Assembly: GCA_049860595.1 (NCBI GenBank)
Contig: CP187551.1
DNA: 64,000 nt
Source: Methanocaldococcus sp. 16A
GTDB taxonomy: Archaea > AGJL01 > Methanococci > Methanococcales > Methanocaldococcaceae
Reading direction: 5' to 3' (one strand)
Positions within the stretch are counted from its first letter, which is position 1; every line of letters starts with the position of its first letter. A program made the position numbers and the translations under genes. The notes under the pieces are model-generated. The model made no database searches. It saw only the letters and a program-made list of their open reading frames with translations, and was not told the DNA's origin. This document shows positions 11,219-21,198 of the stretch, piece after piece.

Positions 11219-11917
11219 ATGAAAGCGATAACTGTTTTAAGTGGGGGGTTAGATTCTACAGTAGCTACATTGATAGCTAAAGATTTAGGTTATGAGATTA
11301 CAGCAATAACTTTCAATTATGGGCAGAAATCTGTTAAAAGAGAGATTAATTCAGCAAAGAAAATTTGTGAGATTTTAGGGATTGAGCATATTGTTGTTGA
11401 TTTACCTTTTATTAAGCAGTTTAAAAAAAGCTCTTTAATAACTGAAAAAGAAATTCCTTCACTAAAAATAGAAGAGTTAGATAGTGAAAAAGCTTATGAA
11501 ACAATGAAAGCAGTATGGGTTCCAGCAAGGAATTTAATAATGTTTAGTATAGCAAGTGGTTTTGCTGAGGCATTAGATGCAAAGAAGGTATTTATTGGAA
11601 TAAATAAGGAGGAAGGAGTAACTTTCCCAGACAACACAATAGAATTTGTTGAATCATTAAATAAAGCCTTAGAATATGGAACCCTAAATAAGGTTAAAAT
11701 AGAGGCTCCTTTATATGATAAAACAAAAGAGGAAATTGTTAAAATTGGTCATGAGATAGAGAAAAAGCTTGGCGTAGAGGTTTTGAAGTATAGTTATTCA
11801 TGTTATAGAGATAATGGAGAGGACTTTTTACATTGTGGGAAGTGTGAGAGTTGTATGAGGAGGAAAAGAGCTTTTTTAATATCGGGAGTTGAAGATAAAA
11901 CAAAATATATTGAATAA
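11219..11917 (+). CDS. queC: 7-cyano-7-deazaguanine synthase
   Basis: SGGLDS PP-loop, FNYGQ, VPARN, FPD, YSCY, HCGKCESC. Confidence 0.93.
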   Translation: MKAITVLSGGLDSTVATLIAKDLGYEITAITFNYGQKSVKREINSAKKICEILGIEHIVVDLPFIKQFKKSSLITEKEIPSLKIEELDSEKAYETMKAVWVPARNLIMFSIASGFAEALDAKKVFIGINKEEGVTFPDNTIEFVESLNKALEYGTLNKVKIEAPLYDKTKEEIVKIGHEIEKKLGVEVLKYSYSCYRDNGEDFLHCGKCESCMRRKRAFLISGVEDKTKYIE

Positions 11918-11931
11918 ATTATTAATTTTTA

Positions 11932-12999
11932 TTATTCTCCTCTTTTTTTCTTCAATTCAACAAGTTTTTTAACTGCATCTAAATTAACATTCTCATCGTA
12001 GGTTATATAACCGTTATAAACAGCTCTCTTAAAGAACCCTTCTCCCCATTTGTTTCTTATTAAGACAGTTGAATATCCTTCATCACTACCTACATTACCC
12101 ACAGAAATATCTGATGTCAAGCCAGTAAAATCTTTACAAACCTTACAGCCCTCTCTCATTGCAAATTCAACATCTTTCAGCTTATATTCGATAACATCCC
12201 CGTTAACTAATGTAACCTTCAATTTTCCTGATTCAATATCCATCTTTTTAATTTCCCATGGTTCTATTCCATCTGTTTTAAGCTTTTTAATCATCTTACT
12301 ATAATCATAAGTTTCAAAACAGAATAAAGCAATTTTTAACCTTATAGCTTCCCTAAATGGCTTTAATAAATCATTATCTGATGATAGTATTTGATAAATT
12401 GCATTTATTACACATGGTGTTCCTACAACAGCCAATTTTTTTAATTTCTTATCCATAACCGCTGTTTTTAATGCTTTTAATATTGGCCCCTTCCATAGAT
12501 ATTTACTTCCAGCTGCTTTAATAACATCTTCTTTTGATAATGCTAAGCATGACTCTGGCTCTAATGTCCATTTATCATCAATCATTACAATAGCTCCATC
12601 AATTAATCCTTCATCAAATGCATTAGCTAATATAGCTGTTACAACTCCTCCATTTTGAGCATTTTTTATTTCTATGGATGCCTTTGCCTTTACAGCTTTT
12701 AATATATTTCCTAAATCTGTTGGTTTAGGAACTGACGATTTTTTTATTCTTGGACATGCATCGTAGCAAGCTCCACAAGGGACATCATAAACTACAGTTT
12801 TACAAAACTCTGCTGAAATTGGATGCTCAATAATATCTGCTGGGACTATTATGCAAGAGCAGTCATCACACTCAAACTTTACTGGACTTTCCTCTCTAAA
12901 ATATAGATTATTTACTGGACAGACAGCTACACAAGCTCCACAACCGCTACATATATTTGTATCCCAGACTTCCTCTTTTAAATTTTTATATGATTTCAT
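11932..12999 (-). CDS. FrhB-family F420-binding Fe-S flavoprotein, probable electron-input subunit of glutamate synthase
   Basis: CSGCGACVAVCP, AQNGGVVT, VVGTPC, LFCFE, CKVC, DISVGNVGS; last gene of the glt operon. Confidence 0.85.
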   Translation of the reverse strand: MKSYKNLKEEVWDTNICSGCGACVAVCPVNNLYFREESPVKFECDDCSCIIVPADIIEHPISAEFCKTVVYDVPCGACYDACPRIKKSSVPKPTDLGNILKAVKAKASIEIKNAQNGGVVTAILANAFDEGLIDGAIVMIDDKWTLEPESCLALSKEDVIKAAGSKYLWKGPILKALKTAVMDKKLKKLAVVGTPCVINAIYQILSSDNDLLKPFREAIRLKIALFCFETYDYSKMIKKLKTDGIEPWEIKKMDIESGKLKVTLVNGDVIEYKLKDVEFAMREGCKVCKDFTGLTSDISVGNVGSDEGYSTVLIRNKWGEGFFKRAVYNGYITYDENVNLDAVKKLVELKKKRGE

Positions 13000-13085
13000 T
13001 AATCTCACCTAAGGCCTATTTTGGTGTTTCTTCTCCTAATAATCTTAAAAAATTGATAAAAATTTTGATATATCACTACATAAAA

Positions 13086-13862
13086 TTACATTAAGTCAGG
13101 AGTATAGAGTTTTCCAAATGGTCTCTTTGAAATTGGTGCTATTTTTGTCCATTTTGAATTTAACAATTTATTTTTAACATCTTCTGGCAGATTAAACCAT
13201 TTGCAGAATTCTTCAATATATGGTTTTATTTTTTCTAAATCTTCTTGAGTAAATTCTTTTATATCAGCTGCAACACCTAATTGGTCTTTGTCTATCTCCC
13301 CTCTAATGTAAATAGCTCCTCCATGAATTCCAGTTCCTATCATTCTTCCCTTAACTTTTCCTAAGTCATTTCCTTTTTCATCAATGTTTAAAACAATTAT
13401 AATACCTCCAGCCATATATTCTCCTAAGAAATCCTTAGCTCTTCCTCCTATCACAAGAACAGGGACTTTATCTTTATAAGCTTTCATATGTATACCGCTT
13501 CTATAACCAACATCCCCTCTAACAAAAACCTTTCCTCCTCTCATTGAATGGGCTGTTACATCTCCACTACTACCATAGATAACTATTGTTCCATCATCCA
13601 TAGTGTTTCCTGGGGCAAATTCAGCATTTCCATGAACTATTATTGTAGGACCGCTCATAAACATTCCTAAATCTCCGCCAGGAATTCCGTAAATCTCTAT
13701 AGTCAAATCCTTCTTCTGTAATCCATTCCCAATAAATCTCTGCCCTAAAACATTTTTCAATACAATTTTTTTGATATCAGGATTTTCTTTTAAAATTTGG
13801 TGTATTTTTTCATTTAACTCCCTATAATGCATGTCCTTTGCATCTATAACAACCTCTTCCAT
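13086..13862 (-). CDS. Glutamate synthase GXGXG (GltB domain 3/FwdC-like) subunit
   Basis: GQRFIG, G-x-G-x-x-M beta-helix repeats, FLGEYMAGG. Confidence 0.88.
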   Translation of the reverse strand: MEEVVIDAKDMHYRELNEKIHQILKENPDIKKIVLKNVLGQRFIGNGLQKKDLTIEIYGIPGGDLGMFMSGPTIIVHGNAEFAPGNTMDDGTIVIYGSSGDVTAHSMRGGKVFVRGDVGYRSGIHMKAYKDKVPVLVIGGRAKDFLGEYMAGGIIIVLNIDEKGNDLGKVKGRMIGTGIHGGAIYIRGEIDKDQLGVAADIKEFTQEDLEKIKPYIEEFCKWFNLPEDVKNKLLNSKWTKIAPISKRPFGKLYTPDLM

Positions 13863-13894
13863 GTCTTTCACCTTTTAAAAAATTGAAAATATTT

Positions 13895-15427
13895 TTACTC
13901 TCCAGCAGCTTTTATTCCTAAAACTTCTAACTCCTTCTCATTTAGTCCAACTCCTCTCAACCTATCTCTGTTTCCTCTTAAGCTTTCAATTGAGTTAATT
14001 CCAGCAGCTCCTAAGAGTTCTTTAATTTCATGTGTCCATGCTTTAATTAAGTTAGCAACTCTTTTAGCTCCAACTTCTGGGTCTAATCTCTTAACTAACT
14101 CTGGTCTTTGTGTAGCTATTCCCCAAGCACACAATCCAGTGTAACATCTTCCACAAACTCTACAGCCAAGAGCAACCATTGCAGCAGTTCCAATATAAAC
14201 AGCATCTGCTCCTAAAGCTATAGCTTTAAATACATCTGCTGAACATCTGATTCCTCCACTTGCTATAATACTGATTTCATTTCTCAACCCTTCCTCTCTC
14301 AATCTTTGGTCTACTGCGGCAATAGCCATCTCTATTGGAATTCCTACATGGTCTCTAAATACCTTTGGAGCAGCTCCAGTACCTCCCTTATATCCATCAA
14401 TAACAACTGCATCAGCATCACTTGTTGCTATTCCAACAGCTATAGCTGGGGCATTATGGACTGCTGCAATTTTAACAAACACTGGCTTTTTCCATCTTGT
14501 TGCTTCTTTTAAACTTCTAACTAATTGAGCCAAATCCTCAATTGAGTAAATGTCATGATGAGGAGCTGGAGAAATTGCATCAGAACCTTCAGGAATCATT
14601 CTTGTTGCAGATATTTCAGCAGTAACTTTCTCTCCAGGCAAGTGCCCTCCAATTCCTGGCTTAGCCCCTTGTCCTATTTTAATCTCTATTGCAGAACCTT
14701 TCATTAAATATTCTTCATTAACTCCGAATCTTCCACTTGCAACTTGTGTAATTATGTGGTCAGCATAAGGATAGAGAGCTTTTGGCAACCCTCCTTCACC
14801 AGTTCCCATGAATGTTCCACATTCTTTAACTGCTTTAGCAAATGATAAGTGAGCGTTTAAAGATAAAGCCCCATAGGACATGTGAGCAATCATTATTGGC
14901 GTATCTAACTTTAAGTTTGGAGCTATTTTTGTTTTTAACTTAGCTTTTTTAATCTTCTTACCATCAATCTCCTCTTCAACAAATTCAAACTCTAATTGCT
15001 TTGGTTTTTTACCAATGTAGGTTCTCAATTCCATTGGCTCTCTTAGAGGGTCGATAGATGGATTTGTAACTTGGCAAGCATCTAAAACAATCTTATCAAA
15101 ATAGATTGGATGGTCTTTAGCGTTAGCCATTCCACTCAATAAAATACATCCTGTTTTTGCTTGGTTGTAAATATCTGCTCTCGCATCGATATCCCATAAT
15201 GGATGGCTTCTCCAAGATACAGCATTTTCTTTAATTGTTATAGCATCTCTTGGACACATAGCAACACATCTATGGCAAGCTCCGCATCTGTTTGAATAAC
15301 TAATTATTCTATCTCCTTCTCTTCTATGAACTCCCCAAGAACACTCTATTGTACATCTTTCACATAGCATACATTTGTTTGGGTCTACCTCTACCTTATA
15401 CTTTGGTGGAACATAGCTTGGAATCAT
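13895..15427 (-). CDS. gltB: Glutamate synthase FMN-binding subunit with N-terminal 2x[4Fe-4S] domain
   Basis: MSYGALS, TGEGG, QVASGRFGV, EIKIGQGAKPGIGGHLPGEKV, ISPAPHHDIYSIEDL, CRVCGRCYTGLC. Confidence 0.93.
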   Translation of the reverse strand: MIPSYVPPKYKVEVDPNKCMLCERCTIECSWGVHRREGDRIISYSNRCGACHRCVAMCPRDAITIKENAVSWRSHPLWDIDARADIYNQAKTGCILLSGMANAKDHPIYFDKIVLDACQVTNPSIDPLREPMELRTYIGKKPKQLEFEFVEEEIDGKKIKKAKLKTKIAPNLKLDTPIMIAHMSYGALSLNAHLSFAKAVKECGTFMGTGEGGLPKALYPYADHIITQVASGRFGVNEEYLMKGSAIEIKIGQGAKPGIGGHLPGEKVTAEISATRMIPEGSDAISPAPHHDIYSIEDLAQLVRSLKEATRWKKPVFVKIAAVHNAPAIAVGIATSDADAVVIDGYKGGTGAAPKVFRDHVGIPIEMAIAAVDQRLREEGLRNEISIIASGGIRCSADVFKAIALGADAVYIGTAAMVALGCRVCGRCYTGLCAWGIATQRPELVKRLDPEVGAKRVANLIKAWTHEIKELLGAAGINSIESLRGNRDRLRGVGLNEKELEVLGIKAAGE

Positions 15428-15488
15428 GTTTTCACATCCCAAGTATTTTTTTTGATATTATTTGTTTTATTGTTATGTTGAGCATATT

Positions 15489-16577
15489 TTATTTCCAAGG
15501 TCTTGCAATAACTGGCATTCCAGCATCAGGCATCCAAACTCTATCTAAATCAGGGCATATTCTTCTTATGGCAGATTCCTCACTTGAAATAAATAGCATA
15601 TCATCTTTTTCAGCAGCTATTAAAGGTCTTAACTTAATTCTATCTGTTAAACCAAACATAGTTGTATCTTTTTCAACGTCTCCATTCATGAATAACAAAC
15701 CATGCGGTGTTCCAGCAGCAATAGCGAAAGGCCCATTTAGCATGGCTCCTCCATAAGTTAATCTTATTGCGGTATGCAATTCTCTCTCTTCCTCTGGCAT
15801 CTTATCTATCTCATCCCAGAATCTTGGTGCTAAAGCAGATAATGCATATTCAACAGGGATTTTGTGTTTTCTCATCAATAAATCTAAGATATAGGCAACA
15901 ACTTCAGTATCAGTCAATAATCTACACTTATAACCAAACATTTCAACAAATCTCTTGTTTGTTCCATAGCTTGTTATCTCTCCATTATGAACTACACTCC
16001 AATTTAATAAATTGAATGGGTGAGCTCCTCCCCACCATGCCTTTGTGTTTGTTGGATATCTTGCATGAGCTAACCACATATAACCTTCATATTTATCTAT
16101 TCTGTAAAACTCAGCAACCTCATTTGGCCATCCAACGGCTTTAAAAACACCTAAATCTTTACCACTTGAAATGACAAAAGCTCCATCAATCTTATCGTTT
16201 ATCTCCATAACGATATCTACGACAACATCTTCTTCTCTATCTGAATATTTTTCATCAACTTCATAGAAGTATCTCCAAGGAATCTGGACTTTTTCAATTA
16301 TTCCATCCTCTGTTGGAATTTCCTCATCTTTAACTATAGTCCCATACTGTTCTAAAACATTCTCAACTTCCACCTTTATCTTTTCAAATTTTGGGGTGTT
16401 GTCAATTAAAATATGGAAAGCATAGCAATCTTTATATTTTGTTGGGTATATCCCATAACCTACATAACCAGAACCTTTTCCGTTTCCCCTCTCTTTTAAA
16501 CTATCTAAAGCTAAGGCTATCTTGTCCCCTTTTATCATTCTTTTTTTTCTACTCATAAAACCGATAATACCACACAT
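15489..16577 (-). CDS. Glutamate synthase glutamine amidotransferase (class II) subunit
   Basis: N-terminal MCG nucleophile, [30 protein letters not shown]. Confidence 0.92.
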   Translation of the reverse strand: MCGIIGFMSRKKRMIKGDKIALALDSLKERGNGKGSGYVGYGIYPTKYKDCYAFHILIDNTPKFEKIKVEVENVLEQYGTIVKDEEIPTEDGIIEKVQIPWRYFYEVDEKYSDREEDVVVDIVMEINDKIDGAFVISSGKDLGVFKAVGWPNEVAEFYRIDKYEGYMWLAHARYPTNTKAWWGGAHPFNLLNWSVVHNGEITSYGTNKRFVEMFGYKCRLLTDTEVVAYILDLLMRKHKIPVEYALSALAPRFWDEIDKMPEEERELHTAIRLTYGGAMLNGPFAIAAGTPHGLLFMNGDVEKDTTMFGLTDRIKLRPLIAAEKDDMLFISSEESAIRRICPDLDRVWMPDAGMPVIARPWK

Positions 16578-16744
16578 AAACAACCCTCCATAATTAGGTA
16601 TAAAAGAGATAGTTTTTGGGTTTTGTAAATATTGGTTGAAGTTATATTTAAATAATTATGGTTTGAAAAGTATTTATTATAAATTCCAATATAAAAATCA
16701 ATATTCTTAATGGCTTTTGTCTTTCAATAATTTTGATTGATAGT

Positions 16745-16840
16745 AATAGGATTTTCGCAGGAATAAATATTAAAAGGCATTTTTGATGCCTTTAGCATCA
16801 TTTTTTCATTACTTAATATATAAACTGCGAAAGTCCTATT
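16745..16840. repeat. Palindromic repeat family A (MJRE/MITE-like)
   Basis: Terminal inverted repeats AATAGGATTTTCGCAG ... CTGCGAAAGTCCTATT with central GATGCC-TTT-AGCATC hairpin. Confidence 0.85.
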
Positions 16841-18093
16841 AGCAAGTCATCATATCCATAACTTTTTAGTAAATCCTCAATATTTTTAACAGTTTTTTTA
16901 ACTCTTTCCATGTAATCTTCTCCATTTATATTTGCATATTCTTGAACTAATAGAACAATGTCTAAAGATTTTTTAAATATTTTTATAAAATCATCTTTAT
17001 CAAGAATTTTTATGCTTTCCTTTATAATCACTTCTAAAATATTCAGCAACTCATCAAAAAATTTATAAATTTTATCGTTTGGAGTTTTTGTTAATAATTC
17101 CTCTGAAATTTTATTTAAATTTTTTAAAGCGTATAATACAATTATTTTTATCCTACTTTTATTTTCAGTATTAATATTAGCTAATACTATTTTTTTTATT
17201 CCTTTTAATGCATAAATTGCTCTATTTACATTGTTAGATAGCTCATAAGCAATTATCTTTTTTAAGGATATCATTGCCTCTCTGGTAATTGAAATTGGTG
17301 AATCTGTGGATAAACAGGCTATTTTAACAATAATATCAATGTATATCCTAAAAAACCTCTCATCTTGGTTTTTTGTTTTAGCATTTAGCTCTTCATAATA
17401 ACTTCCTAATAAAATCATCGCATTTCTTACAGTCATATAATGTTTTAAATATAATGCCTTTTCTATTATATAATAAACTGTTCTTAAAGGATTCCTTGGA
17501 ATATCTTTTGCTGATTGGTAATTCACATATTCAGAATTCACTAACCTATAGTTTTCAATTTCCTTCTTATCAATTGATTTTATTAACTTCTCTATAACAA
17601 CTTCAGGTCTTAAATTGTAGATTGTGCTTTTTATATATGGGATTACAATTAAAAAATCAAAGTATGCAAAGAAAAACACTAAAGCTACTAAAAAATTGTA
17701 TGGAATTGTGAAACTTCCAATAATAATATCTTTTTTTACTGGTAAAAAACCTAAAGCAAAAACCTCATAACCCATTGAAATTAAATAAGATAAAATAAAT
17801 GCCCAAAATGTTTTGTTTAATATTATATGCCCAATTCTTGTTGAATATTGCTGACTAACCATCTGTATAGCAATAATTGTAATTGAAACTATTATTCCAA
17901 TCATCCCTGCCTGAGTTTGTAGTAAAGCGCTTAAAATATATCTAACATTATCTGAAAATCCCTCATCCCAAGAAAAGCAGTGTATGGAGATTATTGCAAG
18001 GATTACTGCAATTATTGAAATAAAAATTATATTTTTTAACTCATCCTCTTTAAATCTTTCAACAATTCTCAATAAATCCAAGTTTATCACCAA
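16813..18093 (-). CDS. Membrane protein with DUF2254-like N-terminal TM region
   Basis: 4-5 TM segments, IAIQMVSQQYSTRI motif, helical soluble C-terminus; stop codon lies inside repeat A. Confidence 0.65.
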   Translation of the reverse strand: MVINLDLLRIVERFKEDELKNIIFISIIAVILAIISIHCFSWDEGFSDNVRYILSALLQTQAGMIGIIVSITIIAIQMVSQQYSTRIGHIILNKTFWAFILSYLISMGYEVFALGFLPVKKDIIIGSFTIPYNFLVALVFFFAYFDFLIVIPYIKSTIYNLRPEVVIEKLIKSIDKKEIENYRLVNSEYVNYQSAKDIPRNPLRTVYYIIEKALYLKHYMTVRNAMILLGSYYEELNAKTKNQDERFFRIYIDIIVKIACLSTDSPISITREAMISLKKIIAYELSNNVNRAIYALKGIKKIVLANINTENKSRIKIIVLYALKNLNKISEELLTKTPNDKIYKFFDELLNILEVIIKESIKILDKDDFIKIFKKSLDIVLLVQEYANINGEDYMERVKKTVKNIEDLLKSYGYDDLLIGLSQFIY

Positions 18094-18108
18094 ATTAGTT
18101 AAAATTTA

Positions 18109-18161
18109 AAAGGCCTTTAGTAGAGAATTAATTTTTAAAGACATAGTGCGAAAGTCCTATT
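18109..18161. repeat. Degenerate or half copy of repeat family A
   Basis: TGCGAAAGTCCTATT at 18147-18161. Confidence 0.6.
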
Positions 18162-18195
18162 TAAAAATAGTAAGAAAATTTATAAATTTAATTAG

Positions 18196-18957
18196 TTAAA
18201 TCTCTGGTGTTGGAGGAAGAGTTCTTTTATGCTCACTCTTTTTAATTAAATCAAATACATGTTCAACATCATCTATTGGGATATTTAGCTCTTTAGAAAT
18301 TTCTTCTGCAGATTTGCCTTCTTCATACAATTTCAATATTTTATCTAAAGTTTCATATTTAATGCCAAGCTCTCCCTCATCAGTTTGCCCTTCCCAAAGC
18401 CCAGCTGATGGAGGTTTTTCAATAATCTCTTTTGGAACACCAAGATATTTAGCAAGCTCTCTAACCTCTGTTTTAAACAAATTACCTATTGGTCTTATAT
18501 CACAAGCAATATCCCCATGCTTTGTACCATAACCAACATAAATCTCTGATTTATTAGAAGTTCCTGCAACTAATAAATTGTATTTGTTTGCAAAGTAATA
18601 GAGAATACACATTCTAATTCTTGCCTTTAAATTTCCATCAGCTATTTTATCAAATTCTTTTGTTGGAACATAACCTCCAGCTCCAAATGCTTTTAAAATA
18701 TCAGTTATATCTGAGATAATATATTTTATTCCTAAACGCTCAGCAACCATCTTTGCATGTCCAACATCTCTTGGATTAGTGTTTTTCTCTGGCATTATTA
18801 TTCCAAGAACCTTATCTTTTCCAAGTGCTTGAACGCATAGATAGGCAGTAACTGAAGAATCAATACCACCACTCAATCCAACAACAACTCCATTAGCCTT
18901 TGCTTCCTCAACCTTCTCTTTGATAAAATTCGTTATTTTTTTAACAATCTCTTCCAT
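18196..18957 (-). CDS. nadE: NH3-dependent NAD+ synthetase
   Basis: GLSGGIDS, GNLKARIRM, GTSNKSE, GYGTKHGD, KPPSAGLWEGQTDE, HKR; ATG 18957 after GGTGA. Confidence 0.95.
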   Translation of the reverse strand: MEEIVKKITNFIKEKVEEAKANGVVVGLSGGIDSSVTAYLCVQALGKDKVLGIIMPEKNTNPRDVGHAKMVAERLGIKYIISDITDILKAFGAGGYVPTKEFDKIADGNLKARIRMCILYYFANKYNLLVAGTSNKSEIYVGYGTKHGDIACDIRPIGNLFKTEVRELAKYLGVPKEIIEKPPSAGLWEGQTDEGELGIKYETLDKILKLYEEGKSAEEISKELNIPIDDVEHVFDLIKKSEHKRTLPPTPEI

Positions 18958-18971
18958 TTTCTCACCTATAT

Positions 18972-19008
18972 TAATAGGAAATATATTTCCTATTTTAGTA
19001 TATAAATT
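18972..19008 (-). promoter_or_regulatory. nadE promoter with NrpR operator
   Basis: AATA-GGAA-ATATAT-TTCC-TATT (core 18977-18990); TTTATATA box on minus strand at ~18999-19006. Confidence 0.75.
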
Positions 19009-19009
19009 T

Positions 19010-21037
19010 TTATAAGTTAATTTTTTCAATCTTTACGGCACATGCTTTAAGCTCTGGAATCTTACATAGCTCATCTAATGAAGTATTAGTCAATAAATTA
19101 GGATTTGCTTCAACAAAGTGGAATGGCATAAATACTACTCCTTTTTTGATATCTTCAGTAATTTTTGCCTTTACAATTAACTCTCCTCTTCTTGAACTAA
19201 CCTTTATTAAATCTCCATCTCTAATTTTTAGTAATTTGGCATCATCAGGATTTATCTCTATGAAGGGCTCATTAATCTCTTCAACTAAATTTCTACTTCT
19301 TCTTGTCATTGTTCCTGTATGGTAATGAAAAATAATCCTACCTGTGGTTAAGATGAATGGATAATCTTTATTAGGTAATTCAGCTATTTCTCTATACTCA
19401 ACAGGAAATATTTTTCCTCTACCATTATCTGTTAAAAATCTATCTCTATACAAAATTTTTGTCCCTACATAATTTTCATCCAAACAAGGCCAGTGAATTC
19501 CTCCAGTTTTTAATCTATTATAAGTTATTCCTCTATATTGAGGAACAGTTATTCTAATCTCATTGAATATGTCTTCAGCCATATTATAGTTGAATTTATA
19601 TTTATAATCAAGTTTTTCAGCCAATTTTTTAATTATTATCCAATCTTCTAAAGCTTTTCCTGGTGGATCTATAGCTTTTCTTATTAATTGAACTCTTCTA
19701 TCAGTATTTGTAAATGTTCCATCTTTCTCTGCCCAACATGCAGCTGGCAACACTATATCTGCCAATTCAGCTGTTTCAGTTAAGAATATATCCTGAACTA
19801 CTAAAAAATCTAAGCTTTTTAATGCCTTTTCAACATGCTTAACATCTGGGTCTGAAACCATTGGATTCTCTCCAACAATATATAAAGATTTAATTTCTCT
19901 TCCAGCCTTTTCAATCATTTCTGGTATAGTTAAACCAGGATTTGGATTTAAATCAGTTCTCCAATACTCTTCAAATAATTTATAGCTATCTTCAACTTTC
20001 TGATAGCCAGGAAATACATTTGGCAAAGCTCCCATATCACAAGCTCCTTGGACATTATTCTGCCCTCTTAATGGATTAACTCCAGCTCCTTCTTTACCAA
20101 TATTTCCTGTTATCATAGCTAAATTACATAATGCTTTAACAGCATCAACACCATGTGTAAATTGAGTAACTCCCATACAGTATATTATAGATGCCTTCTC
20201 AGCATTTCCATAAATTTTGGCACTCTCAATTATTAGCTCTTTATCAACTCCGCATATTTTTGAGGCATACTCTGGATTATATTTTTCAACAACCTCTTTT
20301 AATTTCTCAAAGTTTTCAGTTCTATTTTTTATAAATTCTTCATCTATCAATCCTTCTTTTATAATTACATGAATCATGGCATTTATTAAAGCTACATTTG
20401 TCCCAGGAATTATTTGAAGATATATATCAGAGTTTTTTGCAGTCATTGTTTTTCTTGGGTCAATAACAATAATCTTCGCCCCTTTATCTTTAGCTCGCAT
20501 TATTCTTCTTGCAATTAATGGATGTTGTTCAAAAGTATTAGAGCCAATTATCAATATGCAATCTGCTTTTTCTATATCTTCTATAGTGTTTGTCATAGCA
20601 CCAGACCCGAAGCATGCACTCATTCCAGTAACAGTTGCTGAGTGTCAAAGCCTTGCACAATGGTCAATATTGTTTGTCTTTAAAACAACTCTTGCAAATT
20701 TTTGTAAAATGTAGTTGTCTTCATTTGTGCATCTTGCAGATGAGAAAAAGCCAATTTCATCTCTATAGGCCTTTAAATATTCTGCTATTATGTTTAGTGC
20801 TTTATTCCAAGTAGTTTCAACAAAACCACTTTCTTTTTTTATCAATGGCTTTGTTAATCTATCTTTGCTATGTATAAATTGATAACAATAATTTCCTTTA
20901 GCACACAACTTTCCCTCGTTTATTGGATGCCTTTTGTTAGGATGAACACCAACAACTCTATTATTTTTAACTATTAAACCTAAACCACAACCAACACCAC
21001 AATAAGGGCATATAGTATTTACAATCTTAAATTCCAT
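19010..21037 (-). CDS. fdhA: Formate dehydrogenase alpha subunit, selenocysteine-containing (Sec131, UGA at 20645-20647)
   Basis: The two ORF-track pieces are one frame: CPYCGVGC...C, then [27 protein letters not shown]; Mo/W-bisPGD motifs [24 protein letters not shown]; ATG 21037 after GGTGA. Confidence 0.95.
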
Positions 21038-21085
21038 GGTTTCACCTATTTTTTTATATTTTGGTGCATGCTTCGGGTCTTTTTT

Positions 21086-21120
21086 CGCCACCTGCTCCTA
21101 AAAAGGTTCGCAGGGTGGCG
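21086..21120 (-). promoter_or_regulatory. Archaeal SECIS element upstream (5') of fdhA
   Basis: mRNA CGCCAC(C)CUGC-GAA-CCU-UUUU-AGG-A-GCAGGUGGCG: GC-rich stem, GAA/A internal loop, short apical stem. Confidence 0.92.
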
Positions 21121-21198
21121 GGTGCTATGACATAAATAATTCAATAAAATAGAGTCATTTTTAACTAAAATTTTTAAATTTTAATTTAAAATTGATTA

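Noticed and set aside
13016-13048. Possible remnant of a gene 3' end (LRLLGEETPK*) inside the glt operon
   Set aside because: Only 10 codons; cannot be distinguished from chance
20645-20647. In-frame stop suggesting fdhA is a pseudogene
   Set aside because: TGA is at the conserved Sec position and a SECIS is present
21038-21091. N-terminal extension [11 protein letters not shown] of the ORF-track fdhA piece
   Set aside because: Reads through the SECIS and tether arm; true start is ATG 21037 with a GGTGA RBS
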